Shown here one piece after another: positions 28,184-39,626 of a stretch of 64,000 bases of DNA. Position 1 is the first letter of the stretch; each line of letters opens with the position of its first letter. A program made the position numbers and the translations under genes. The DNA is from Piromyces finnis finn (Eukaryota > Fungi > Neocallimastigomycota). The stretch covers positions 186,001-250,000 of the forward strand of contig MCFH01000058.1 in assembly GCA_002104945.1 (NCBI GenBank), given 5' to 3'. The notes beneath the pieces were generated by a model, which saw nothing but the letters and a program-made list of their open reading frames with translations, had not been told where the DNA came from and searched no databases.

Positions 28184-28194
28184 AGCGTTAGTAT
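28184..28194 (-). promoter_or_regulatory. Self-priming PBS of element F
   Basis: ATACTAACGCT on the sense strand abuts the 5' LTR and is complementary to LTR positions 28469-28479. Confidence 0.8.
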
Positions 28195-30756
28195 TGTAAA
28201 AGGTTTTTATATATATTAGTTAATAAGTTAAATATAACAAGTTAATTAAGTTAGTTATTACCTCTCTATACGAGTTAATAACTAAATAAAGTTTTATAAA
28301 AAATAATAAAAGAACTAAAATAAATATTATAACACAAAAATAAATATAAAACAAATAGATATTAATATGAAATATTATTTACTTAAATAATTAATTTTAA
28401 TTATATCTTTTATTTATTTAGTATAATTATAATACATTAATTATTATTATAGCTATTAATTTACTTTAATACTAACGCTAAAGTATTTAACGTTAGTTTT
28501 CAACTATACTATTTAACTATATTAGTTTATTTTCTTTACCACTTGATTGGGTAAAGTAAATAAACTTCCTATTTAATTAATAACCATTAATATATGGTTA
28601 TACATATATCTGGCCAATAAATGGTGACCAGAATATATGGTTTGTAAAAGTTTTACTAAACTTATAATTTAATATTAAAATATCAAATTAAATAAAAGGT
28701 TAAAAGATAACTAGGTTAGAAAAAAAAATGTTTTATTAAAATAATCTTAATTGATTTATAAATGAATAATTAAATTATATATTATGGTTAAAATAATTTC
28801 TTTTATTTTATTTAATAATATATTGCTAAAATATAATAATAAGATTATTTAGTAGTAATACTCATTAAGTATTAATTATTATTAATAGTTAATAATTTCT
28901 AGTTAATAATCTATAGTTAATAATTCATAGTTAATAATTTATAGTTAATAATTTATAGTTAATAATTTATAGTTAATAATTTATAGTTAACAATTTATAG
29001 TTAATAATTTATAGTTAACAATTTATAGTTAATAATCTTTACAAAGATTTTAATTTCATAACTATTCTAAACTATTTATACTATTTGTAATTTTACATTT
29101 AATAATAAAATAACTTTTCAATACATGATTATATTCATAATATATTTTATAATACTTAAACTAAACTTAAGACTTATTCCTAATTATTAAAAAATAACTA
29201 TTGTTTATAATATTCATAATATTAATTATTTCTTAATTATAATATAATTCATTGAATATAATATTAATAATTATAATCCTCTAGTTCAAAGATTATAAAT
29301 TATGTTATTGAAATAATTATTATAAAATAAAGTTAATTAGTTCCGGAAAATAATTTTAATTTAATTAAACAATAATTTTTATACTTTGAGTGAATGATTT
29401 ATGTTTGATATATCAGGGGTGATCATTCTCTGAATAAACAATTAATCATTGCTAACAAAATATCTTTAAATTGGAATATCTCGTGAACCAGCAGAGATAT
29501 TGACCTGATTTTAAGATATGTTGTTTGTCTCGAGCGTGGCTTTCTAACGAACGTAATTATAACCAAAATATTATTATTCAAAAATCGTCATTCGTTGAGG
29601 AGATACGCGTGTTTTTTCTTATTCCATTTTAACGATAAGGGTTAAAGTTATTTATTATAAAAATTATTAAGGGTTAAGGTCATATTTTAACCTTTCCTAA
29701 ATTTTTAAATATTTCTTAATAAAATTTTATAATTTATTTGAAAATAAAATATTTGTTGATTTTGAATTTTCATAAGTGATTTCACAATTCCAAGTGATCT
29801 TGAAATTGTAATTTCACTAGTATTCGTGACATCGCTCCGCCAAAAAAAATCGAATACCAGGCGATTGAAATAATATAAAATAGAGTTGTATAATAAAGTA
29901 TAATTGAAATAAATTGAAGTAGTATATATTAAATATAAACCAATATATAGTTGTATGTGTAACATGAAATAAAATGGTAACTAAATAAAGAATATATTTA
30001 ATATAATATGTTGAATATATTGCAATATATGAAATAAAATTAAAAAACATTTTCTTGTGTAACATACAGTCAAATTCATAAGATTTTTGAAAGAAATGTT
30101 GAAATTTAAATTGATCATTGAGTGAAAAAATTGAAATTCGTACGAAAAATTAAAATTTGAATAAGAAATATTATTCCTAGGATATTGAAACACTTTTTAT
30201 TTTTGAAAAATGTTAACATTTGCTAAAATAATTGAAATTTCAAAAATTGATCAAATAAACTTTAATTAATATGATTTTGAAAAAAAAAAAATTTTTGAAA
30301 TTTTTGAAAAATTTTTAATAATAAAAAATTTTTTCATTAAATACAAAAAAAATTTTGAACTAAACTTTTTGAAAAAATGTCACTGAAAGAATATTGATTT
30401 TAATGATCGATCGAGATAGTGACAATATTGAAATTGATACTATTGAATAGAGAATAAAATAAGCATTAACAACATATAAATATTTGTAATTGTACTGCTA
30501 AAATAAATTGAAAATTATTCTCTTTAAATATTTAATTTTCATTATAAAAATTTTGTGTTTTAAATTAAATAAATTGATAAAATAAAATTGTTGGATCAAA
30601 AATTATTGAATTGAAATTTAACATTCATAGAAAAAATTTTTGAAATTTGTGTTGAAATGTATTAGATGAGTAATACAAATTATAATAAAACATAATGTTA
30701 GTGAAAGATATTAATAAATTTTAAAAAATAAAATTGTTGAAATGCAATTTAAAGAA

Positions 30757-33700
30757 TTAGATTTTGTGTTTTCTAATACTTTTATTGAATTGAATTAATA
30801 ATTCTTGATATCTTGGGTCACTTTCTATTACTGTAGCAGGAACCCAGTGCCAACTTAGGCGGTGTTTATAACGAATTTTATATTCGTAGCGTTTTTCTTT
30901 ATAATTTGTCCTAAAGTCACCAATTTCTATAATTTCTGCATTAGTTTCTTTATATTTAAATCTATTTTTAAATTTATCTGGCGTAGATACATAAGGTTCA
31001 AGTTCCGATATGTGAAATACAGGGTGGTGTTTTGGAAAAGGTGATTTTGAAATATCTATTTTATAATTACCATTGTTTAAAACTTCTAAAACCTTGTAAG
31101 GACCATACTTACGAGGCGCTAGTTTGGCATTTTCAGTAGTAGCAAAAGCAGGAGGTGCATGAATCCAAACTTTTTGTCCTTCATTCAATTCAGGAGCAAT
31201 AATTCTTTTCTTATCGGCAGCTCTTTTGTATAAATCTTGAGATCTAAGCAAAACATCTTTAACTAAAAGGAAATTTTTACTAACATCTTTAATGTATTTA
31301 AAGTTTGAATCAGAACCTTGAAACAAAAAGACATCATCCATAGGTGGGTGGAATCCATAATTAATGAAAAATGGAGTTTGTTTTGTAGATTCATGAACTG
31401 TATTATTATAAACAAATTCAGCTAGATGTAACCATTCAATCCAGTCATCGTGGAAAAATGTTCTTGAATAGCAACGTAAATATTGTTCAATGAAAGAGTT
31501 ACAACGTTCTACTTGACCAACGGTCTCATGGTGATCTGTGGTAGCTATTTTTGGCTTAACACGCAATTTTTCCATAATTTCTATCCATAAAGCACTAGTA
31601 AATTGTGTTCCTCTGTCCGTATAAATATCTGTAGGTAGTCCATGGAGTTTAAAAATATTTTTTAGGAAAGCTTTGGCAGTTTCTTCAGCTGTAGGTATTT
31701 CTTTGAACGGAATAAGGTGAATCATTTTTGAAAAGCGATCTACAACAACCATTATAACGGAAAACTTTTTTGATTCAGGGAGACCACAAAGAAAATCGAT
31801 TTCAATAGATTTCCAAGGGCGATCAGGAATTTCTAAAGGTCTTAAAAGATCATATCTTTTATGTCTATTAACTTTATTTCTGGAACATTGTTCGCAAGAA
31901 TTGACAAAATTTACGATATCTTGATGCATTTTGGGCCACCAAAAATTACGGTTAATTAGTTCTTCAGTTCTTCGAATACCTAAATGACCAGCAGTAGCGT
32001 TATCATGGTACCTGGTTAAAATATCTACATGAAGTTTTTCTGGTACATAAATTAAATTATTATATAAAATTAAATTATTTTTTATTTTAAATTTTTCCAT
32101 TTTTCTGAAAGGTCTGTAAAAGTAACCTTGATTAGCATTATTAGGACTAAAGTAAAGATAAATATTATTCGCATTTTCATCATCCTTATAATTTTCTATT
32201 ATTTGATCAATGAGAGAACCAACAATACCAACAAAACATGGAGTATCGGGAACGTTTTTATAATCTAATATATGTTCTGGTTTAGGTTCAACATTATTTT
32301 TCTCGTAATCAGGTCTTCTTGATAAACTATCAGGTTTACCATTTTTTCTTCCTTGGCGGTATATTAATTGAAAATTATATTCTTGGAAAAATAAATGCCA
32401 ACGATGTTGACGTTGGTTTCCGACTTTACCACCTAAGGTGTATAGAAGGTTTTTATGGTCAGTAAAAACGGTTACTTGGTATTTAGCACCTAGTAATAAA
32501 TGTCTCCAGGTAGAAAATGCACATTTTATAGCTAAAAGTTCCTTTTCAGTAATTGAATAATTTAATTCAGCATTGTTTAAACATCTTGAATAATATGCTA
32601 CAGGATGTAATTTGTTATCTTCATCCTTTTGAGAAAGTATACAACCAATGGCAAAATTACTAGCATCGCATTCGACAATAAATGGTTTGGTTGGATCTGG
32701 ATGTAATAAAATAGGTGAAGAGATTAGTCTCTTTTTTAATTCTAAAAATGAGTTATTACATTTATCATTCCAATTAAAACTAGTATTTTTCTTTGTTAAA
32801 TTGTGAAGCGGTTTAGCAATAGTAGCAAAATCTTTTATAAATCTTCTATAATAGTTGCATAATCCAACAAAGCGTTGAACATCTTTTACACAATTAGGTG
32901 TAGGCCATTCTTGGACAGATTTAATTTTCTTTGGATCAGTAGATATACCATTGCCTGATATAACGTGTCCTAAAAATTCAACTTCTGGCTTGTGAAATTC
33001 ACATTTCTTTAATTTAGCAAATAAATTATTTTTGAGCAATGTTTGGAGAACAGTACGAACATGTTGTATATGTTCATCTAATGTTTCCGAGTAAATCAGA
33101 ATATCATCTAAATATAAAATAACAAATTTTTCTAAATAAGGGCGTAATACTGAATTAATAAATGATTGAAATGTAGCAGGGGCATTTCTTAAACCAAAAG
33201 GCATTACTAAATATTCATAGTGACCATATTTAGTTCTAAAAGCTGTCTTATATTCGTCTCCTTCACGAATACGCACTAAATTGTAAGCAGAACGAAGATC
33301 TAATTTTGAAAAGAATTTAGCACCTTTCACTCTTTCGATAATATCAGTAATTAGAGGAAGTGGGTAAGAATTGCGAATTGTAACTGCATTTAATTTTTTG
33401 TAATCAATACAAAGACGTAACGATCCATCCTTCTTTTTCTGAAATAAAACAGGATAACCAGCTGGAGATTCAGATGGTCTAATGAATCCTTTCTTGAGAT
33501 TTTCATCTATGTATTCTTTAAGAACTAGAGATTCATCTTCAGATAGAGGATATATAGGACCATAATGTAAAGAAGCATCTTTTTGTAAAACGATTTTACA
33601 ATCCGTTAGCCTATGTGGTGGTAGTTTATCAGCCTTAACCTTGCTGAAAACTTCCGCTAAATCACGATATGGTTCTGGTACTTCTTCTAATTTGAAGTCT

Positions 33701-34362
33701 TCTTCATTATCATCTTCATCATCAGTATTATAATCTTTTTCACTATTAGCTAAAAATGAGTGAATAAAGTAATTATAGCTGAAATTTTGATATTTTGGTT
33801 TAGAGTAATTTTTCAAATTATTAAAAGATGTATTGGAAGTTAATTTATTATGATTAATGTTTTTAATTTTTAAATTTTTGGATTTATTCAATCGGTTTTT
33901 ATTAATTTTATATATAATTTTATTAGAATTTAATTTTTTAAAATTGTTAAAATTTAAACTTGAATATACAAAATTTTTATTATAATTAAAATGTAGTTGA
34001 TATTTGTGTAAAAATTTATTGCCTAATAACAAATCTGTTGGAAGATTTTTAATAATTAGAAATTTTTCTTTAAAAGTAATTAAAAATTTTGAATGATTAA
34101 TATAGATAGTAGTCTTAAAATATAAGAAGGTGTATGTATCAATAAATATTGAACCACTAATTCCATTTATTTCAATTGAGTGTAATAATTTGTGTGGTTT
34201 TAGTTTTAATTTATTGACCAAGTTGATTGAAATAAAGTTGCAATATGAGCCACTATCTAAAATTAAATTGTATTGATTTTTATTAATTGAATTTTTTAAA
34301 TCATAAAGTTTGTTTAATTTAATTGGGATAAAAAATTTTAAGTTGAAAAATGTTGTAGGCAA
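30757..34362 (-). CDS. pol: G Pol (PR-RT-RNase H-IN-chromodomain), reached by -1 frameshift from about 34458
   Basis: LDSGS, YLDD, HHCC, DDE and GPY motifs, C-terminal chromodomain-like segment; the frame is open back to the slippery site. Confidence 0.93.
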   Translation of the reverse strand: MPTTFFNLKFFIPIKLNKLYDLKNSINKNQYNLILDSGSYCNFISINLVNKLKLKPHKLLHSIEINGISGSIFIDTYTFLYFKTTIYINHSKFLITFKEKFLIIKNLPTDLLLGNKFLHKYQLHFNYNKNFVYSSLNFNNFKKLNSNKIIYKINKNRLNKSKNLKIKNINHNKLTSNTSFNNLKNYSKPKYQNFSYNYFIHSFLANSEKDYNTDDEDDNEEDFKLEEVPEPYRDLAEVFSKVKADKLPPHRLTDCKIVLQKDASLHYGPIYPLSEDESLVLKEYIDENLKKGFIRPSESPAGYPVLFQKKKDGSLRLCIDYKKLNAVTIRNSYPLPLITDIIERVKGAKFFSKLDLRSAYNLVRIREGDEYKTAFRTKYGHYEYLVMPFGLRNAPATFQSFINSVLRPYLEKFVILYLDDILIYSETLDEHIQHVRTVLQTLLKNNLFAKLKKCEFHKPEVEFLGHVISGNGISTDPKKIKSVQEWPTPNCVKDVQRFVGLCNYYRRFIKDFATIAKPLHNLTKKNTSFNWNDKCNNSFLELKKRLISSPILLHPDPTKPFIVECDASNFAIGCILSQKDEDNKLHPVAYYSRCLNNAELNYSITEKELLAIKCAFSTWRHLLLGAKYQVTVFTDHKNLLYTLGGKVGNQRQHRWHLFFQEYNFQLIYRQGRKNGKPDSLSRRPDYEKNNVEPKPEHILDYKNVPDTPCFVGIVGSLIDQIIENYKDDENANNIYLYFSPNNANQGYFYRPFRKMEKFKIKNNLILYNNLIYVPEKLHVDILTRYHDNATAGHLGIRRTEELINRNFWWPKMHQDIVNFVNSCEQCSRNKVNRHKRYDLLRPLEIPDRPWKSIEIDFLCGLPESKKFSVIMVVVDRFSKMIHLIPFKEIPTAEETAKAFLKNIFKLHGLPTDIYTDRGTQFTSALWIEIMEKLRVKPKIATTDHHETVGQVERCNSFIEQYLRCYSRTFFHDDWIEWLHLAEFVYNNTVHESTKQTPFFINYGFHPPMDDVFLFQGSDSNFKYIKDVSKNFLLVKDVLLRSQDLYKRAADKKRIIAPELNEGQKVWIHAPPAFATTENAKLAPRKYGPYKVLEVLNNGNYKIDISKSPFPKHHPVFHISELEPYVSTPDKFKNRFKYKETNAEIIEIGDFRTNYKEKRYEYKIRYKHRLSWHWVPATVIESDPRYQELLIQFNKSIRKHKI

Positions 34363-34419
34363 TTTTTTATTTATTTTAGAGTCATATGTAGGAAAGTTGT
34401 AATGTATTATTTTTGTATT

Positions 34420-34464
34420 ATGAACTCTCTTAGACTCTCTTGAGAGTTCATTTCTTAGTTTTTT
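34420..34464 (-). promoter_or_regulatory. -1 programmed ribosomal frameshift signal of G
   Basis: A AAA AAC (34464-34458), 6-nt spacer, 10-bp stem ATGAACTCTC/GAGAGTTCAT with a 12-nt loop. Confidence 0.85.
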
Positions 34465-35365
34465 GAGTTCATTTTTTGAACTTTATTGACATAATTATTA
34501 TTATTGTTTGAATTTTGATAATGGGTTTTATTCTTATTGAATTTCCTATTGTTTCTCTTATTGTAATGTTGATTTTTATTATTATTATTATTGATATTTA
34601 ATTTATTATTAGTAGCAAGAGAATTTTCAAAAATTATACACTTTGTAACCATTTCACTTAAAGTGTTAGGTAAAATATCAGCTTTCTTAATTTCATTCTT
34701 ATATTTTGGATGTAAACCATTTAAAAATATTAGTGAAAGACTAATGTCATCTATCTCTAAACAACGACTTAAATCTCTAAATTTGTTAATATAATCGTTC
34801 ACTTTTCTATAAGCTTGTCTTAATTCTATTAATTGAATCATGGCTAATTTGGTACTGGTAACATTTGAAAAAGCTTTGTTTAATTCACTTAATAGTTCGT
34901 TCATAGTCATAGGAGTAATACCATCTTTATATTTAATATGATACCAAGTTCTGGCAGAATCACGTAATCTAACAACAACAAAGTTAATTTTTACTTCTTC
35001 AGATAGTTGATTGTTAGGTGGAGTTTTAAAGGTAGCTTGGCAGAGTTCGCAGAATAACTCAGTCTGAGTAGTATCACCAGTAAAGAATCCTGGATCTGGT
35101 ACTTGTTTGATAGGATAGGTTCTATTACGCATTATAACATCATGGTCTTCATCATAATCAGTAGAAGATTCCTCGGTTTCAGTATAATTAGCACGACTCT
35201 TAAGTTCCTTTAACATAGCATCCATACGTTCTAACAAGGAGGTGGTATTTTTATCCAATTGTTGAGTGATATACTTGTCTAATTCACCACAAAGATTTTT
35301 CTTAAATTCTTCTAAATCTTGAGGCTTTAGGAATTGTTGAACTGGTTTAGGTGTTGGTTGAGTCA

Positions 35366-35366
<1 letters not shown>
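34455..35366 (-). CDS. gag: G Gag (capsid-like, no zinc knuckle)
   Basis: Retrotransposon gag motifs (PGFFTGD, LRDSARTWY, FLNGL) upstream of pol. Confidence 0.88.
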
Positions 35367-35401
<35 letters not shown>

Positions 35402-35442
35402 AAATTAAGTTTTTTCCTAAGGTAGTTATGGTAAAAAACGCG

Positions 35443-35453
35443 GTAAAGATTAT
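35443..35453 (-). promoter_or_regulatory. Self-priming PBS of element G
   Basis: ATAATCTTTAC abuts the 5' LTR and is complementary to LTR positions 35815-35825. Confidence 0.78.
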
Positions 35454-37628
35454 TGTAAAAGTTTTACTAAACTTATAATTTAATATTAAAATATCAAATT
35501 AAATAAAAGGTTAAAAGATAACTAGGTTAGAAAAAAAAATGTTTTATTAAAATAATCTTAATTGATTTATAAATGAATAATTAAATTATATATTATGGTT
35601 AAAATAATTTCTTTTATTTTATTTAATAATATATTGCTAAAATATAATAATAAGATTATTTAGTAGTAATACTCATTAAGTATTAATTATTATTAATAGT
35701 TAATAATTTCTAGTTAATAATCTATAGTTAATAATTCATAGTTAATAATTTATAGTTAATAATTTATAGTTAACAATTTATAGTTAATAATTTATAGTTA
35801 ACAATTTATAGTTAATAATCTTTACAAAGATTTTAATTTCATAACTATTCTAAACTATTTATACTATTTGTAATTTTACATTTAATAATAAAATAACTTT
35901 TCAATACATGATTATATTCATAATATATTTTATAATACTTAAACTAAACTTAAGACTTATTCCTAATTATTAAAAAATAACTATTGTTTATAATATTCAT
36001 AATATTAATTATTTCTTAATTATAATATAATTCATTGAATATAATATTAATAATTATAATCCTCTAGTTCAAAGATTATAAATTATGTTATTGAAATAAT
36101 TATTATAAAATAAAGTTAATTAGTTCCGGAAAATAATTTTAATTTAATTAAACAATAATTTTTTATACTTTGAGTGAATGATTTATGTTTGATATATCAG
36201 GGGTGATCATTCTCTGAATAAACAATTAATCATTGCTAACAAAATATCTTTAAATTGGAATATCTCGTGAACCAGCAGAGATATTGACCTGATTTTAAGA
36301 TATGTTGTTTGTCTCGAGCGTGGCTTTCTAACGAACTTAATTATAACCAAAATATTATTATTCAAAAATCGTCATTCGTTGAGGAGATACGCGTGTTTTT
36401 TCTTATTCCATTTTAACGATAAGGGTTAAAGTTATTTATTATAAAAATTATTAAGGGTTAAGGTCATATTTTAACCTTTCCTAAATTTTTAAATATTTCT
36501 TAATAAAATTTTATAATTTATTTGAAAATAAAATATTTGTTGATTTTGAATTTTCATAAGTGATTTCATAATTCCAAGTGATCTTGAAATTGTAATTTCA
36601 CTAGTATTCGTGACATGGTTTCAATTGAAATATTTGTGGGCAAACTTATGGCCACAAATATTTCTTACAATGATAACGGATTGGTAGTTATATTACAACT
36701 TTTTAACTACTTCTTCTGTTATCTTATATTGTTTTATCTCGACAGCTATTGTACGAGCTTTAACAATATCTACTAGTTTTATTAATTTATTTTAAGTTAT
36801 TTTATAATTTTAATAGTTTTATTATTTTAATAATATTTATATAGAATAATAACACCAGATTTATTCTATAAAATATTATTTATTATTAACACAATAATTA
36901 CAAATTAGACAAGTTTAATTTCGTTTTTATATTTTCTTTTATTTATTGTTCTTACGCTCTTTTTAACAATAATTTTTATTATATAAAAACTTATTTTTTT
37001 TGTCTTTTAAATATTATTATGTATTCACTAATTAATTATATTAACTATTATTAAAATTTAACTTATTATTAGTAATCTAAGTCTTCTCATTTTCTACTAA
37101 AAATTATTATTATTCTTTATAATAAAAATTATTTTTATAATTTAACCCAATCAAATATATAAATTTATAAAATATTTGATTTTATGTAAATTATATTTTT
37201 ATAATAAACTATATAAAATTATTTAATAATTATTTTATAATAAAAATTTCTACTAATATCAAATGTATAATATATTTATAATTATTATTTATCAAGATTT
37301 CCTCCCCTAAGATACGACTTAGTGGTAGCTGATAAAAATATTCATAAATAATAATAAATATATAAGTTTTTGATATTTTTATACTAAAGATTTAAAAATT
37401 TAAATTTTTTTTTTTTCTATATATATGATAAAAATAATATAAAATAAGGTTTATAAAAAAAATGATGAAAAATTTGAAAATTTTTATTAATAAAATTTTT
37501 TTTTCAAAGAGAAATAAAAAAAATGAAGTGAAATTTTGTTAAATGTCGTAGTGTAAATATTTTTGTGTTTTTATATATTTTTGTAATGTAATTGTCGTAT
37601 TATTTGTATATAAATGTTTAATGTGGTT

Positions 37629-39458
37629 TTATCTTTCTTTAAACTTTGAAAATAGATGAAATTTTGATTTTAATATGTCGAAATAATGTCGTTTTAAAAT
37701 TGAAGTTACTGATTTGATATAATCTTTTAGATTGAAAATAATTGAATTTGAAATACTTTCTTTTACACTTTTTATTATACTGAAATATATATTCTTAAAC
37801 GAATTATTTGATGAATTTTTGATTATATCATTTTGTTTATTTCGCTTTTTTCTTGATTTTAATTTCCTGTTAATATTAATATTCAAATGATTATATTTTA
37901 GAATTTTACTTTTATTTTTATATATCTTGATTTTGTGGCATTTTTCGTGAATAATTGGCGTTTTTTCTGCTTCATCACGGCCGACAAGATTTGACTTATT
38001 AATTGAAAATTTAATAAGTGAATCGTTTTTAATTCTTTTTGGAAATTTGCTGAAATTTGAATGAAAAATGTGATATTTTGGATAAAAATATTTATTTTTA
38101 AATTTGATTAAATGTCGAAATTTAATTGAATATAAAAGTTTGTTTTTATTGTTAAAAGTCGAATTAAAATTTTGAATTTTGATATTATTATTAAATGAAT
38201 TAAATTGAGATTCATTAATATTTGATGGATTGAAACAATGAATCATTGAAATATTTGAAAGATTATTTTTATTTTGTTTAAAATTTGAGGGACGAGCAAC
38301 CATAATAGGAGATGAATTAGTTTTCATGTAGAGAGAGTCATCATCAGGATCAATGTATAATCGGTGATTCTTTTGAGATTGACGACCTAATATAATATCA
38401 TAACATGAATCTTCATCTTCTAGAATCCAGAATAATGCATAGATTTTTAAATCACCAAATTTAAGAGTTAAATTAACAGCTTGATTTGTTGAAATAACTT
38501 GTTTGCTAGCTAATTTAAAGAAAGTTCTCTTAAAATGTGTAATATTATGATTTGCTGATATTAAATTAAAGAAGGATTTAGTAATAACATTAACATCAGA
38601 ACCAGTATCTACTAAAACTCGGACAATGTTATTATCAATTGAGCCAATGACAGAAGCAATGTTGATTTTATTAATGACATTAATTTCGTTATCTGCTATA
38701 TTGATAATATCATCATCATTGTCATTATCAGCATCATCATTGTTTTCATTATTTTTATTATTATAATTTTCATTAATGATATTAATAAATGAATTAATAT
38801 CATCATCATTAAGATCCATATTTTGAATGGCGTTTATTTTCCGAACGTCATTTGGATCAAGCTTTAAACCTTTGGCACAAAGTCTTCTGATGATAGGACT
38901 GACTGCAAGCAATTGTGCAAAAGAGATACCAGCATTTGTATTATTAAGGGCATCAAAAATATTATATTCTTTATTTTTGCCCAACATGACAATAGAACGT
39001 AGGAAGTCATAATAGTTGCTTTTGGGAGACTTTTTGCTATCTATAACTTCTTCTAATTCGTCCTGTTTACTTGGTATATCTGGACCAATTCTTCTTTTAT
39101 TTCTGGTTTCTTTATTTTTCATCTTAGCAGAGGAAATATTCTTGCCTGCAATTACCGAGGGGTCTAAGATGTCTAGGCGGGAAGTAGTGGTATGAAAATT
39201 TGAATTTTTCTCATTACGAATTTCTTGCTGTTCTTTCATCTGAGTGGCCTTTGTATGTATTGGTAATGGATTTTCTCGAAGTTTCTTTTTCTTCGACTGA
39301 GTCACGTGATCCTCATCATCACTTTCATCACTTTCTTCAGAACTTTTTCTCTTGAATGCATAAATAAGGTTTTCGATGTCCTTATCATCGACTGTATTTG
39401 TCACGTGATCACGTGTAACGTAATCCTTATCATCTTCATTGATTGGATCATCCACCAA
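37629..39458 (-). CDS. D second ORF: aspartic protease with low-complexity flanks (frame open back to about 39625)
   Basis: LVDTGS and IILGR protease motifs; ISFAQLLAVSP segment; C-terminal part is AT-driven low complexity. Confidence 0.8.
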   Translation of the reverse strand: MVDDPINEDDKDYVTRDHVTNTVDDKDIENLIYAFKRKSSEESDESDDEDHVTQSKKKKLRENPLPIHTKATQMKEQQEIRNEKNSNFHTTTSRLDILDPSVIAGKNISSAKMKNKETRNKRRIGPDIPSKQDELEEVIDSKKSPKSNYYDFLRSIVMLGKNKEYNIFDALNNTNAGISFAQLLAVSPIIRRLCAKGLKLDPNDVRKINAIQNMDLNDDDINSFINIINENYNNKNNENNDDADNDNDDDIINIADNEINVINKINIASVIGSIDNNIVRVLVDTGSDVNVITKSFFNLISANHNITHFKRTFFKLASKQVISTNQAVNLTLKFGDLKIYALFWILEDEDSCYDIILGRQSQKNHRLYIDPDDDSLYMKTNSSPIMVARPSNFKQNKNNLSNISMIHCFNPSNINESQFNSFNNNIKIQNFNSTFNNKNKLLYSIKFRHLIKFKNKYFYPKYHIFHSNFSKFPKRIKNDSLIKFSINKSNLVGRDEAEKTPIIHEKCHKIKIYKNKSKILKYNHLNININRKLKSRKKRNKQNDIIKNSSNNSFKNIYFSIIKSVKESISNSIIFNLKDYIKSVTSILKRHYFDILKSKFHLFSKFKER

Positions 39459-39590
39459 AGGGTTAGAGAATTTTTCTTTAGAATTTGGAAATTTTTTTGT
39501 TTTATGGAAATCACGTGTATCATCAACATAGATTTGCTCATTAATGTTGTTGATGTTGTGGGTTTGGTTATTATCAATTTTGGAGTTAGA

Positions 39591-39626
39591 AGGGGAAGAT
39601 TGAGAACTTCCCCCATTTAATTTAAA
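39591..39626 (-). promoter_or_regulatory. -1 frameshift signal of D
   Basis: T TTA AAT (39626-39620), 5-nt spacer, stem GGGGGAAG/CTTCCCCT; the -1 frame is open into ORF 37629-39458. Confidence 0.8.

Larger units (their letters stand above)
28643..36615 (-). mobile_element. Ty3/gypsy chromovirus G, apparently intact
   Basis: LTRs 28643-29831 and 35454-36615 near-identical; TSD TGGTT/TGGTT inside the F 5' LTR; PPT about 29832-29841; uninterrupted gag and pol. Confidence 0.95.
21085..36669 (-). mobile_element. Ty3/gypsy chromovirus F (degenerate; contains nested J solo LTR and full element G)
   Basis: 3' LTR 21085-21583; 5' LTR 28195-28642 plus 36621-36669; PPT at about 21584-21593; TSD ATAAT (21080-84 / 41199-203). 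Confidence 0.92.

Noticed and set aside
28885-29040. Regular 14-bp repeats, considered as CRISPR-like
   Set aside because: No spacers; a simple tandem VNTR in a eukaryotic LTR.
29705-30193. Short ORFs in the G 3' region, considered as env-like or accessory genes
   Set aside because: Short, AT-driven composition, straddling the LTR boundary, no motif.
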